A DNA stretch of 64,000 nucleotides from Pseudomonadota bacterium. GTDB lineage: Bacteria; Pseudomonadota; Gammaproteobacteria; Burkholderiales; REEB80. The stretch lies in NCBI GenBank assembly GCA_018971485.1, contig JAGXAQ010000002.1:171706-235705 (forward strand), given 5' to 3'. Under the pieces are notes generated by a model, which ran no database searches, had not been told where the DNA came from, and worked only from the letters and a program-made list of their open reading frames with translations. Below are positions 52,578 to 64,000 of this stretch, piece after piece. The translations under genes were made by a program, and so were the position numbers. Every line of letters starts with the position of its first letter. Within the stretch, counting starts at the first letter, position 1.

Positions 52578-53510
52578 TTAGGCTGTTCCTTCTTTTCTTC
52601 CTGATGATTTCACAAGATCTGAACGGGACACCCCCATCCACAATACCAAAGGAGAAGCCACAAGAACCGAGGAATAAATTCCAAAAAGAATCCCTATGGT
52701 CAAGGCCAAGGCAAAATAGTGCAATGGAGGCCCACCAAAAAACAGCATGGCACATACCATTGTCTGTGTCATGGCATGCGTTATGACAGTCCGAGACATA
52801 GTACGAGTAATCGCATTATTGATAACTTCAGGCACACTAGCTGTACGCATCTTGCGGAAATTTTCGCGGATCCTATCAAATACAATAACAGACTCATTAA
52901 CCGAATATCCCAACACAGCTAAAACCCCAGCAAGAACAGGCAAGGAAAATTCCCATTGAAATGCTGCAAACATCCCTAGAATAATCACAATATCATGAAG
53001 ATTGGCAATAATTCCGGACACTGCAAAACGCCACTCAAACCGCATCGTCAAATAAAGCATAATACCTACTGAAACAACCAGTAGAGCAAGTGCTCCGTTA
53101 TTAGCCAGTTCCTTACCCACTTCTGGCCCCACATACTCAACGCTTCTCAGATGAATACCGGAATTACTCTGGGACAGCACCCCCATTACTTCATCACCTA
53201 TTTTGCTACTAGAAGTTCCGGCCTTGGACCGCATCCGGATCAACACATCATCAGCATTACCTATCGTTTGCACTACAACATCTCGTAAATCAAGCTTGGA
53301 ATGCGCGAGCTCTGTCCGAATATCAGACAAATTAACCGATTGGTCATAATGTACCTGCATTACCGTCCCTCCCGTAAAATCCACAGCAAAATTCAATCCA
53401 CGGGTATACAGGAAAAAAACTGCGGCAACAAAGGTCAGAAGGGATATTACGGCTGTCACATGCGCATAGCGCATAAACGGGATATCTTTTTTAATATGCA
53501 ATAATTCCAT
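52578..53510 (-). CDS. secF: protein translocase subunit SecF
   Basis: 310 aa with GLNFAVDFTGG and a 6-TM SecDF core. Follows secD. Confidence 0.9.
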   Translation of the reverse strand: MELLHIKKDIPFMRYAHVTAVISLLTFVAAVFFLYTRGLNFAVDFTGGTVMQVHYDQSVNLSDIRTELAHSKLDLRDVVVQTIGNADDVLIRMRSKAGTSSSKIGDEVMGVLSQSNSGIHLRSVEYVGPEVGKELANNGALALLVVSVGIMLYLTMRFEWRFAVSGIIANLHDIVIILGMFAAFQWEFSLPVLAGVLAVLGYSVNESVIVFDRIRENFRKMRTASVPEVINNAITRTMSRTVITHAMTQTMVCAMLFFGGPPLHYFALALTIGILFGIYSSVLVASPLVLWMGVSRSDLVKSSGRKEGTA

Positions 53511-53528
53511 AGTACTCTTTGCCCACCC

Positions 53529-55355
53529 CTAAATTGAAATATGAGCCAGTTTACGTTTACGGCCATAAATTAGATTAACCATGGCTCTAGACACCATAAT
53601 GCCTGAGAACATGGATGTAAGAATACCTATGCATAACGTCACTGCAAAACCCCTGACCGGGCCAGATCCCAACCAAAACAATGCAATACCTGCAATCAAT
53701 GTAGTGATATTTGAATCAATGATGGTAGCCATGGCTCGATTATAACCGGCATGAATGGCCATATGAGACGTTGCTCCATTACGCAGTTCTTCCCGGATGC
53801 GTTCAAATATCAGAACATTAGCATCAATAGCCATACCAACAGTCAGGGCCATACCTGCTATACCTGGCAAGGAAAGCGTTGCCTGCAGCATGGATAAGAC
53901 AGCGACCAGAAGCATCAGGTTCACAGCCAGTGCAATCGAGGCAATTACACCAAAAACCCGATAATAAACCATCATAAAAACAACAATCGCAAGAAAGCCA
54001 AACAAAGTTGAATCAAAACCACTCTTAATATTGGCTGCCCCCAGACTCGGACCGACTGTACTTTCTTGAACGATGTCCATCGGCGCCGCCAAAGCTCCGG
54101 CCCGAAGCAATAAGGCAGTGTCAGTTGCCTCCTGTACACTGCGCATCCCGGAGATTTCCACCCGCCCACCAGCTATCTCCTCCTGGATAACTGGAGCGGT
54201 TACAATCTGCGACTCATGTTTGTCAACCAAAACAATCGCCATACGCTTACCGACATTATCCCGAGTCACATCCTTAAATATCCTCGCACCACGGCTATCC
54301 AGAGTCACATTAACCACTGGCAATCCCGTACGATTATCCATGCCTGGAGAAGCATCCGTAATATAATCACCAGTCAGAATGATATTCTTCTTAAGAAGAT
54401 AGGGCTCACCAGCCCGGGTTTTCTCCAGTTCGTCATTAAAGGGGACATTGCCAGCGAGGGCCTCTTGGATCGCATTCGGGTCTGCCATCTTTTCCTCATC
54501 CACCATATGCACTTCCAGTGAGGCAGTACGACCAAGAATATTCTTGGCTTTGGCTGTATCCTGAATGCCGGGCAATTCAACTACGATCCGATCCATCCCC
54601 TGCTGCTGGATAACCGGCTCAGCCACACCTAATTCATTAACCCGGTTTCGCAAGGTGGTAATATTTTGCTGCAATGCATAATTCTCAAACTGCTGGATAG
54701 CTTGATGTGTAAGCTGAATACGCATTACAAATCCTGAACTATCCTGTGAAAGAGTTGCCTGAAGGTTGGGGTATTTCTCCTGAACCAGCTGGCTGGCCTT
54801 GCTAGCATCCTCTTTCGTCAAGAAATTAAAAATCACCTTGTCCTGATTACGTTCCACACCAGAATATCGGATATCCTTCCTGCGAAAAGCAGAACGAAGA
54901 TCATTGGCTTCACCATCTATGGATTTTTTGAGCGCGGACTGCATATCAACCTGAAGCAGAAAATGCACCCCACCACGCAGATCGAGCCCAAGATACATCG
55001 GAAGTGCATGAATAGATTCCATCCATTGAGGTGAAGAGGAGAGTAAATTCAAAGCTACTGAGTATCCCTGACCCAAGCCCTTTTGAAGGGCGTTTTTAGC
55101 CTTATCTTGATCTTGGGTGTTATAAAGACGAATTTTTACGTCATGTTTTCCAGCATCAATACGCAGGGGTGAAATATGCTGGGCAGATAAAATACTTTTG
55201 ATTGAAGCAAGCAAGCTTGAGTTATTGGGACGTCCATTTAAAGGCAAGACCTGAACAGCTGGTACCTGCCTATAAAAATTAGGGGTCATGTAAACCGCCC
55301 CGACCACAATCACCACAGCAATCAGAATATACTTCCAGAGTGGATATCGGTTCAT
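53529..55355 (-). CDS. secD: protein translocase subunit SecD
   Basis: 608 aa with LGLDLRGGVHFLL, a large periplasmic domain and a C-terminal 6-TM region. Confidence 0.9.
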   Translation of the reverse strand: MNRYPLWKYILIAVVIVVGAVYMTPNFYRQVPAVQVLPLNGRPNNSSLLASIKSILSAQHISPLRIDAGKHDVKIRLYNTQDQDKAKNALQKGLGQGYSVALNLLSSSPQWMESIHALPMYLGLDLRGGVHFLLQVDMQSALKKSIDGEANDLRSAFRRKDIRYSGVERNQDKVIFNFLTKEDASKASQLVQEKYPNLQATLSQDSSGFVMRIQLTHQAIQQFENYALQQNITTLRNRVNELGVAEPVIQQQGMDRIVVELPGIQDTAKAKNILGRTASLEVHMVDEEKMADPNAIQEALAGNVPFNDELEKTRAGEPYLLKKNIILTGDYITDASPGMDNRTGLPVVNVTLDSRGARIFKDVTRDNVGKRMAIVLVDKHESQIVTAPVIQEEIAGGRVEISGMRSVQEATDTALLLRAGALAAPMDIVQESTVGPSLGAANIKSGFDSTLFGFLAIVVFMMVYYRVFGVIASIALAVNLMLLVAVLSMLQATLSLPGIAGMALTVGMAIDANVLIFERIREELRNGATSHMAIHAGYNRAMATIIDSNITTLIAGIALFWLGSGPVRGFAVTLCIGILTSMFSGIMVSRAMVNLIYGRKRKLAHISI

Positions 55356-55410
55356 CGTCTTCTTTGCACCTTGCTATTACCAGTCATACCAAAGATCTGG
55401 CCTCATGCCA

Positions 55411-55737
55411 CTAATCCTTAATTGTTCCTTTAGGCAGAACCATCTGCACTGAAGCGCGCTGCACCTTAATGACGACTTTTTCTGCTACTTCCAAACTAAT
55501 GATATCATCTGACACCTTGGTCACTTTCCCCAACACACCTCCTGACGTTGCCACCTCATCTCCTGCCTGAAGCGCCTCTATCAAGGCCCTGTGTTCCTTC
55601 TGCCTTTTTAGTTGCGGGCGAATAGCCAAAAAATAAAACAAGGCAAACAATAAAATAAGCGGCAAAAAATTACGCAACAATGATTCTGGATCAAATCCAG
55701 CACTTCCTGCAGCAGCATAAGCATCGTTTATAAACAT
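55411..55737 (-). CDS. yajC: preprotein translocase subunit YajC
   Basis: The ATG at 55737 gives a 108-aa product with FYFLAIRPQ.KRQKEH and a GD.V.T.GG..G.V core. Confidence 0.85.
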   Translation of the reverse strand: MFINDAYAAAGSAGFDPESLLRNFLPLILLFALFYFLAIRPQLKRQKEHRALIEALQAGDEVATSGGVLGKVTKVSDDIISLEVAEKVVIKVQRASVQMVLPKGTIKD

Positions 55738-55826
55738 GCACATCTCCATAAAATAACTCAAACAGGCAGTTGCAAAGATACCTGCCCTACACTCATTCAA
55801 GTCAAAATTTTCTAAACCGGGCCATT

Positions 55827-57958
<2,132 letters not shown>

Positions 57959-58086
57959 AAAATGATCAACAAAAAGGGCAAATTATATCATGTTGAAACC
58001 AAAGGAATCACACATGGCTTGCAGGAAAGCTTACTTTTAACGATAATTACGTCTTGTAATTTTCTGTAATCAGCCAAACTTGATTG

Positions 58087-58174
58087 GCCCAGGTGGCGGA
58101 ATAGGTAGACGCACCGCACTCAAAATGCGGCGGGGTAACCCCCCATGCCGGTTCGATTCCGGCTCTGGGCACCA
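58087..58174 (+). tRNA. tRNA-Leu (anticodon CAA)
   Basis: GCCCAGGTGGCGGAATAGGTAGACGCACCGCACTCAAAATGCGG...GCCGGTTCGATTCCGGCTCTGGGCACCA. Long variable arm, anticodon loop CTCAAAA. Confidence 0.9.
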
Positions 58175-58276
58175 GACGATACAGACAAGCTGGCCTGCTT
58201 AAGCGGCTTGGATATAGCTATTCACTCCAGCGCATGGCCCAGAAAAATCCCATATAAGCCAATAAGGCCAAACGTC

Positions 58277-58657
58277 TCATACCCTCTGAGCCGCAATAGA
58301 CAATCTTTTTTCCTTGACACGGTTGGATTCATCCACATAAACCAGTTGAGGATGATAGCTTTTAAGTTCCTGTTCGGATAAGTGGGAAAAAGAGGCAATA
58401 ATCAGAATATCACCTGGACATGCACGACGTGCTGCTGATCCATTGACTGAAATAATCCCGGAATGCCGCTCCGCACAAATGGCATAGGTCGTAAACCGCT
58501 CCCCATTGGTCACATTCCATATCTGGATCTGCTCATATTCAAGAATATCAGCTGCTTCCAACAACGCCACATCAATCGCGCATGAACCCTCATAATGAAG
58601 CTCTGAATGCGTCACCCGCACCCGATGTAACTTGGAATGAAGCATGGTTCTTTGCAT
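58277..58657 (-). CDS. panD: aspartate 1-decarboxylase
   Basis: [29 protein letters not shown] (the self-cleavage G-S site) matches E. coli PanD. Confidence 0.9.
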   Translation of the reverse strand: MQRTMLHSKLHRVRVTHSELHYEGSCAIDVALLEAADILEYEQIQIWNVTNGERFTTYAICAERHSGIISVNGSAARRACPGDILIIASFSHLSEQELKSYHPQLVYVDESNRVKEKRLSIAAQRV

Positions 58658-58755
58658 CGGCAATAACTCTAGAAATTGAGGTAAAATCAGCTATTATATT
58701 CGCCAATTAATCGTGTTTCAAATCCTGATTCCAAAAATCCATTATAGGACATGAA

Positions 58756-59595
58756 TCAATCCTTATCCAAAAAAAACTCAAGATTATCAATTAGGCGGGT
58801 CTGACCAATCACCACAGCCGCCAACACCACCAAAAAATTGGAGCTTGGCGTTGGAGCTTGAAGGGTATTAGCATCCCGAATGGTCACATATTCAACCTTC
58901 CATCCTTTCAAACGCATTTTTTCAGCCGCTATTTCACAAGCATCGCCAAAAACAACTGTTCGCGAAGAAACAACACGAATAATCTCTTGAAGGGTGGCAT
59001 AAAGAAAAGAAGCTGCCAATCGATCGGATTCATCCAAATAGCCATTGCGCGAGCTTAAGGCCAACCCATTTGAATCCCTTACCGTATCCACTCCCTTGAT
59101 CCTGACCGGCACATTCAGTTGTTCAACCATTTCCCGAATAATGAAGAGCTGCTGATAATCCTTTTTTCCAAACAACGCCACTTGGGGTCGAACCAGATTA
59201 AAAAGCTTAAGAACAACAGTAGCAACACCCTTAAAATGGTCTGGGCGTGTCCGACCACATAAATCGGCAGCTACAGGTGAAGGCTCAACCATAACCGTTT
59301 GCCGGACAGGATAAAGCAACTTCACATCAGGAAGAAAGACAGCATCGGCACCTGATTGCTCCAACCGCATCAGATCAGCCTTCTCAGTTCTAGGGTAACG
59401 CTCAAAATCCTCTCCGGCACCAAACTGGAGAGGATTGACAAATATACTGACCAGAACCCGCCTGGCTTCATTACGGGCTTGTTTGATAAGAGCCATATGT
59501 CCTTCATGGAGATTCCCAAGTGTAGGTACCAAGGCAATTGAATCTCCAGCCTGAACATATTGCTCCAACTCTAACAAATCCCTAATCACTTGCAT
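58756..59595 (-). CDS. panC: pantoate--beta-alanine ligase
   Basis: PTLGNLHEGHMALI and FVNPLQF motifs. The ATG at 59595 lies 1 nt after the folK stop. Confidence 0.9.
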   Translation of the reverse strand: MQVIRDLLELEQYVQAGDSIALVPTLGNLHEGHMALIKQARNEARRVLVSIFVNPLQFGAGEDFERYPRTEKADLMRLEQSGADAVFLPDVKLLYPVRQTVMVEPSPVAADLCGRTRPDHFKGVATVVLKLFNLVRPQVALFGKKDYQQLFIIREMVEQLNVPVRIKGVDTVRDSNGLALSSRNGYLDESDRLAASFLYATLQEIIRVVSSRTVVFGDACEIAAEKMRLKGWKVEYVTIRDANTLQAPTPSSNFLVVLAAVVIGQTRLIDNLEFFLDKD

Positions 59596-59596
59596 C

Positions 59597-60082
59597 TTAT
59601 GTTCCTTTGATACGCTCAACCCCGGACTGATCAACTTTTTCCAACAATTGGGCTACATACCCATGACCAGGAATCAATATCCCCATATCCATATCCGCCA
59701 AAGGTACCAAAACAAAAGCCCGCTCATGCATTCTAGGATGCGGGATAGTCAACCGTTCATCAGCCAGGATCCTGTCACCATATAACAAGATATCCAGATC
59801 CAAGGTTCTTGGCCCATTTAAGATTCCACGCTCCCGACCATGTATCTGCTCAATTCTTTGAAGTGCATCCAGCAAGTCATGGGGGGACAGCCCTGTCTCA
59901 ATTTGGGCACAGGCATTAATAAAATCAGGCTGGTCACAATAGCCAACCGGGGAGGTCCTGTACAGCGATGAACAACCTTGCACAACAATACCCGGCCATT
60001 CATGAAGTTGTTCAAAAGCAGTCCTGATCTGGCCAATAGGCTCAGCCAGATTGCTTCCCAAGGCAATAAAGGAGACGGTCAC
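59597..60082 (-). CDS. folK: 2-amino-4-hydroxy-6-hydroxymethyldihydropteridine diphosphokinase
   Basis: ALGSNL, RTLDLDILLYG and PHPRMHERAFVL motifs. Confidence 0.85.
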   Translation of the reverse strand: MTVSFIALGSNLAEPIGQIRTAFEQLHEWPGIVVQGCSSLYRTSPVGYCDQPDFINACAQIETGLSPHDLLDALQRIEQIHGRERGILNGPRTLDLDILLYGDRILADERLTIPHPRMHERAFVLVPLADMDMGILIPGHGYVAQLLEKVDQSGVERIKGT

Positions 60083-61407
60083 TGTTTCACCTGACTGCTA
60101 ACAGAACGTTTACGGCGTTTACGACGATGTGGGGAAGCTGTTTGAACCAACATCTGTTTCCGTTCAGATTCAGATGACACCTGAAACTGCTCCCACCATC
60201 GACCCAATTCCATGTCCACTTCCCCGCTTTCACAACGCAGGAGAAGAAAATCATAGCCTGCCCGGAAACGGGGGTGAGCCAATAACCGTACAGGCTTATG
60301 ACCACTTCGCAATTCAAACCGGGGTTGAAGCCCCCATATTTCTTTCATGCCGATCTCAAACCGGCGTGGAATAGCCAACTTTTCGGTCAAATCATCCATC
60401 ACCTGATCCATGGCCTCATACAAGGCAGAAACAGATGAATCTGACTGCAACTGAACATCATGCCAGGCTGATATCAGGTCATGCCAGAAAAGGGTGGCAA
60501 AAAGAAAGGCAGGTGAAACTGATTTACCTTCCCTGATTCGAAGATCAGTATTCAATAGCGCAAGCTCTACAAATTTTTGCCCCATAGGCTGCTCCAGTAC
60601 ACGGTCAAGCATCGGCAAAATTCCATGATGCAAACCCTCAGCCCTTAACCGATTAATACCTTCTTGAGCATGCCCTGACAATAACAATTTAAGCATCTCA
60701 TCAAAAATTCTCGAAGCAGGGACATGATTAAGAAGATGCGCCATTGAAGCAATGGGGACTCTTGCTGCTTCATCTATCTGAAAATCCAGTTTGGCAGAAA
60801 GACGAACAGCACGCAGCATTCTGACAGGGTCCTCCCGAAACCGTAATGAAGGATCACCTATGACTCGCAAAAGACGGTTTTCTATATCCCTTACCCCTCC
60901 AACATAATCCAGAATAATTTCAGTAGAAGGATCATAATACAAGGCATTAACTGTAAAATCCCGTCTCAAGGCATCTTCGGACTGTGTCCCAAAGACATTA
61001 TCACTAATGATTCTACCCCGCTCGTCTGAAGCAGGGGCATCTGGCCCTTGAGTCACTGCACGTCTAAAGGTGGATACTTCAATAATGTCCCCTTTCATGA
61101 CATGCACCAATTGAAAACGACGCCCAATAATCCTGGAACGCTTAAAAAGTGCGTGTATTTCCTGAGGTGTTGCGTCCGTCACCACATCGAAATCTTTAGG
61201 CGTCATGCCAACTATCAGGTCTCGTAACGCACCTCCAACCACAAAAGCACTAAAGCCTGCAAGCTGTAGCTGCTCTGTCACCCACAAAGAAGCAGGGCTC
61301 AGGCTTGTCCTGTGAAGACCATAACGTTTAGCAGGAATCGTACGAGGCTGCAAAGAACCCAGACTGGCAGGCTTACCAAACGCAGCCCGAAAAAATTTAG
61401 CAATCAT
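60079..61407 (-). CDS. pcnB: poly(A) polymerase I
   Basis: VVGGALRDL..G..PKDFDV, RDFTVNALYY, and a C-terminal basic tail. pcnB-folK synteny. Confidence 0.9.
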   Translation of the reverse strand: MIAKFFRAAFGKPASLGSLQPRTIPAKRYGLHRTSLSPASLWVTEQLQLAGFSAFVVGGALRDLIVGMTPKDFDVVTDATPQEIHALFKRSRIIGRRFQLVHVMKGDIIEVSTFRRAVTQGPDAPASDERGRIISDNVFGTQSEDALRRDFTVNALYYDPSTEIILDYVGGVRDIENRLLRVIGDPSLRFREDPVRMLRAVRLSAKLDFQIDEAARVPIASMAHLLNHVPASRIFDEMLKLLLSGHAQEGINRLRAEGLHHGILPMLDRVLEQPMGQKFVELALLNTDLRIREGKSVSPAFLFATLFWHDLISAWHDVQLQSDSSVSALYEAMDQVMDDLTEKLAIPRRFEIGMKEIWGLQPRFELRSGHKPVRLLAHPRFRAGYDFLLLRCESGEVDMELGRWWEQFQVSSESERKQMLVQTASPHRRKRRKRSVSSQVKQ

Positions 61408-61569
61408 GGAAATCCTCAGACATGGGATCGCCTATACAGGCTCATAATGCGGCTGGATTTAAAATTAAAACAAGACAAGAAGAAAAATTCAGAAAAAAAC
61501 AAACTTGCAGCCCGAGAAAAAAAATATGTCCTAATGCGGCCATTTTACAGCTACCATTATTTTTTTCCA

Positions 61570-62328
61570 TCACTTTTGTGGCACAAGCCATGTATCTCCT
61601 GCATTTACAGATACGAATTCAACCCCGTAAAGCAACTGTAAATCAAACGGTGTCACAATATCTTTAACTTGTCCCATTCTGGCTTGCCTGTCATCAAACA
61701 ACAACAAAGCTTGGTCACAACTCGATTGCACCCAATAAATATCATGAAGGACACATAAAACAACCTTTCCACTCCTGGCCTGTAAACCAAGCATGTCCAT
61801 GACACGTCCCTGATAGTCAATATCAAGATTCTGTAAAGGCTCATCAAGCAATAGCATCTGGGTTTCTTGTGCCAATAACTGCGCAATCCTTACCCTTTGC
61901 TTCTCTCCCGCTGACAAATAGTGAAAACTTTCATCTGCCAATGAATCCAGATCAAGCAGATAAAGGCTCTCAGTAACTGCCTGTTTATCTTTTGAGGTAA
62001 ACTTCCAGCCATTTGTCCATGGGATTCTTGCTAACCCTACATAATCCCGGACTGTCCCATAAAAAGCTTCAGGCTCATGCTGAACAAGGACCCCAATCAG
62101 TCGGGCACGCTCACGAGGAGCAATTGTCTGAAGATCAACTCCATCCAGACCAACCATTCCAGCCATGGGCTTTACCAATCCGGCCAGAACCTGAAGCAAT
62201 GAAGTTTTCCCGCTTCCATTCCTTCCCATAACCGCGGTAAGAGCACAAGGATTAAACTTTAAATTAAGGTTTTGGAAAAAAAGGCTCCCGCCTACCGAAA
62301 TCACCCCATCTCTTATTTCAAGGTTCAT
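61570..62328 (-). CDS. ABC transporter ATP-binding protein (iron-siderophore/cobalamin FecE/BtuD type)
   Basis: Walker A GRNGSGKTS, signature LSAGEKQR, Walker B LLLDEP. Confidence 0.8.
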   Translation of the reverse strand: MNLEIRDGVISVGGSLFFQNLNLKFNPCALTAVMGRNGSGKTSLLQVLAGLVKPMAGMVGLDGVDLQTIAPRERARLIGVLVQHEPEAFYGTVRDYVGLARIPWTNGWKFTSKDKQAVTESLYLLDLDSLADESFHYLSAGEKQRVRIAQLLAQETQMLLLDEPLQNLDIDYQGRVMDMLGLQARSGKVVLCVLHDIYWVQSSCDQALLLFDDRQARMGQVKDIVTPFDLQLLYGVEFVSVNAGDTWLVPQK

Positions 62329-63326
62329 GCCGGCTTCCTGGCCAGCAGCAAAAGGAAAAGAGGAACACCAATCAGGGCAGTAACGACCCCAACCGGTAAC
62401 TCCACGGGTGAGAAAAGCACACGGCCAAGCGTATCCGCATCACAAAGAAATCCGCCACCTACCAGTATACTCAGAGGTAACAAACGCCTGTAGTCAGTAA
62501 CACGCACCAAACGAAGGGCGTGAGGGATAATCAATCCAACGAACCCTATTGTACCAGCTTGAATCACCGCTGCCGCAGTTGCAAAAGAAGCAATTAAAAA
62601 AATAGCTAGCTTGGTAGGCCATAAGGCTATGCCCAGTGTTGCTGCTTTTTCATCGCCAAGCAATAGCAGATTCAGGATAGGTGAGAGCCAAATTGCGGCT
62701 AGAGATGTTATCACCAAGACAACCAGTGCCAGTTCCGGCACTCCCGCCTGCGACAGGTCCCCCATCAACCAAAACAGCATGCCTTTTAAATTATTGTTAG
62801 ATGCCAACGACAGGATTAGGGTAATCACGGCACCGAATCCAGCTGATAGCGCAACACCTACCAATAAAAGACGATCGCTCCTCCATCCACCTGTTCTTAG
62901 GCTGACAATCAAAACAAGGCCAATGCTGATCAGCGACCCAATCAATGCGCCTGGCCTTAGAAGCCAAGCGGGGGCATCCAGAAAAATTAACAGCAGCACT
63001 GCAGTTGAAGCCCCTCCAGACACCCCCAACAAGTAAGGATCAGCCAAGGGGTTCCGCAGCAGTACTTGAAGCAAAGCGCCAGATAACGCAAGAAGCGAAC
63101 CACAAACAAAAGCAGAAGCCACACGCGGGAAACGGATGCTCCAAAAAATCAGGATATTCTGGGTTGAACCCTCATGCCACATTGCCTGCCATAAATGTGC
63201 CATTCCTACATGAACGCTTCCCAGAGCAAGACCTAAGCCAATGCTAATACCAGCAAAAACAAGAGCAAGCCCAATCTGGAACTCAAACTCACAACGACAC
63301 CCTAACGCAAGCTGACGATAGGCCAT
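62325..63326 (-). CDS. FecCD-family ABC transporter permease
   Basis: 333 aa polytopic protein with RNPLADPYLLGVSGGAS and a C-terminal GVVTALIGVPLFLLLL. The true start may be internal, since the ORF overlaps the upstream gene by 25 nt. Confidence 0.8.
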   Translation of the reverse strand: MAYRQLALGCRCEFEFQIGLALVFAGISIGLGLALGSVHVGMAHLWQAMWHEGSTQNILIFWSIRFPRVASAFVCGSLLALSGALLQVLLRNPLADPYLLGVSGGASTAVLLLIFLDAPAWLLRPGALIGSLISIGLVLIVSLRTGGWRSDRLLLVGVALSAGFGAVITLILSLASNNNLKGMLFWLMGDLSQAGVPELALVVLVITSLAAIWLSPILNLLLLGDEKAATLGIALWPTKLAIFLIASFATAAAVIQAGTIGFVGLIIPHALRLVRVTDYRRLLPLSILVGGGFLCDADTLGRVLFSPVELPVGVVTALIGVPLFLLLLARKPA

Positions 63327-63976
63327 TGATTCAATCCTGCATGAGCTCTAAGAACCTCGTCCGGGTCAACTGCAACAGGCTCGGACACCATTTGCAACAG
63401 CGGAAGATCATTATGTGAATCGCTATAAAAGCGGCTGCTATGAATATCACCCCATGACAATCCCTGTTCGGCAAGCCACTGATGTAAGCGGGTAACTTTG
63501 CCTTCTCGAAAGCAGGGTGTTCCTTTCACCTTACCCGTATAAACCCCGTTTTTCATTTCCGGCTCAGTTGCAATCAAATGTGTAATACCCAGTTCCTGAG
63601 CAATAGGAGCCGTAACAAAACTGTTGGTGGCAGTAATCAGGGCCACAAAATCGGCGCTCCCCACAGCCCTGCTGACTTCTACCCTGGCCCGCTCCGAAAT
63701 CATGGGGAGAATTTTCCGGGACATAAACTGTTCATGCCAAGTACTTAACTCGTTCATGTCATGACGTGAAAGCGGTTTAAGCTGGAAATCCAGAAAGGCA
63801 TAAATATCCAATGTTCCATTCATATAGGCATTATAAAATTCCTTATTCCTTGCCTCATAAAGCTCACGATCAAGCACCCCTTCCCCAATAAGGAACTGAG
63901 CCCACTCAAAATCGCTATCACCACTTATAAGTGTATGATCCAAATCAAATAAAACTAACCTCAAACTCTTCTCCAC
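63302..63976 (-). CDS. HAD-IB family hydrolase (SerB-like)
   Basis: FDLDHTLI motif I, a late SDSHNDLPLL motif IV. 224 aa. Confidence 0.7.
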   Translation of the reverse strand: MEKSLRLVLFDLDHTLISGDSDFEWAQFLIGEGVLDRELYEARNKEFYNAYMNGTLDIYAFLDFQLKPLSRHDMNELSTWHEQFMSRKILPMISERARVEVSRAVGSADFVALITATNSFVTAPIAQELGITHLIATEPEMKNGVYTGKVKGTPCFREGKVTRLHQWLAEQGLSWGDIHSSRFYSDSHNDLPLLQMVSEPVAVDPDEVLRAHAGLNQWPIVSLR

Positions 63977-64000
63977 TTTAATCCATGAAACAAATAAATC

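Noticed and set aside
61408-61569. Cobalamin or other riboswitch associated with the FecCD/BtuCD-like transporter.
   Set aside because: This region is downstream of the transporter ATPase gene. The transporter's upstream side overlaps a HAD gene, leaving no leader region in the window.

Overview
This 64 kb window is mostly conserved housekeeping genes and looks betaproteobacterial from gene content and synteny, which is an inference. No rRNA genes or CRISPR arrays are present.

Core genes, in order:
- nrdR-ribD-ribE-ribB(A), pmbA/yjgA, mog, and opgD/G-opgH
- ispH-lspA-ileS-ribF, murJ, rpsT, and argD-argF-argG
- ppnP, yajQ, folE2, dxs-ispA, clpS-clpA, and two tandem csp genes
- icd, rluE, mnmA, acnB, nfi, purB, and queA-tgt-yajC-secD-secF
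- panD-panC-folK-pcnB, and a FecCD-type ABC importer
- Two tRNAs: Thr-CGU and Leu-CAA

The accessory stretch lies at about 12.2-19.3 kb, between opgD/G and tRNA-Thr. It has two parts.

(1) A tightly coupled six-gene module:
- an ECF sigma factor
- a short soluble zinc-finger (HxxxCxxC) anti-sigma factor
- a Sec-exported four-cysteine DUF2282 peptide
- a DUF692 (MNIO) enzyme
- a DUF2063 partner
- a DoxX membrane protein

This is the architecture of the bufferin / gig-type MNIO RiPP metallophore systems. It is the most interesting system in the window.

(2) A roughly 3.3 kb degraded integrative element next to tRNA-Thr:
- higBA with a palindromic operator
- an HNH-like gene
- a GH73 lysin
- a tyrosine integrase

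A central 30-codon segment of the integrase appears out of frame between two compensating indels.

Secondary oddities:
- an unannotatable 157-aa ORF translationally coupled between opgD/G and opgH
- a cysteine-free Fur-family regulator
- a terminator-like hairpin 12 nt upstream of argD, inside a 450-bp intergenic region

All calls come from reading the ORF translations and DNA by eye. No searches were run.
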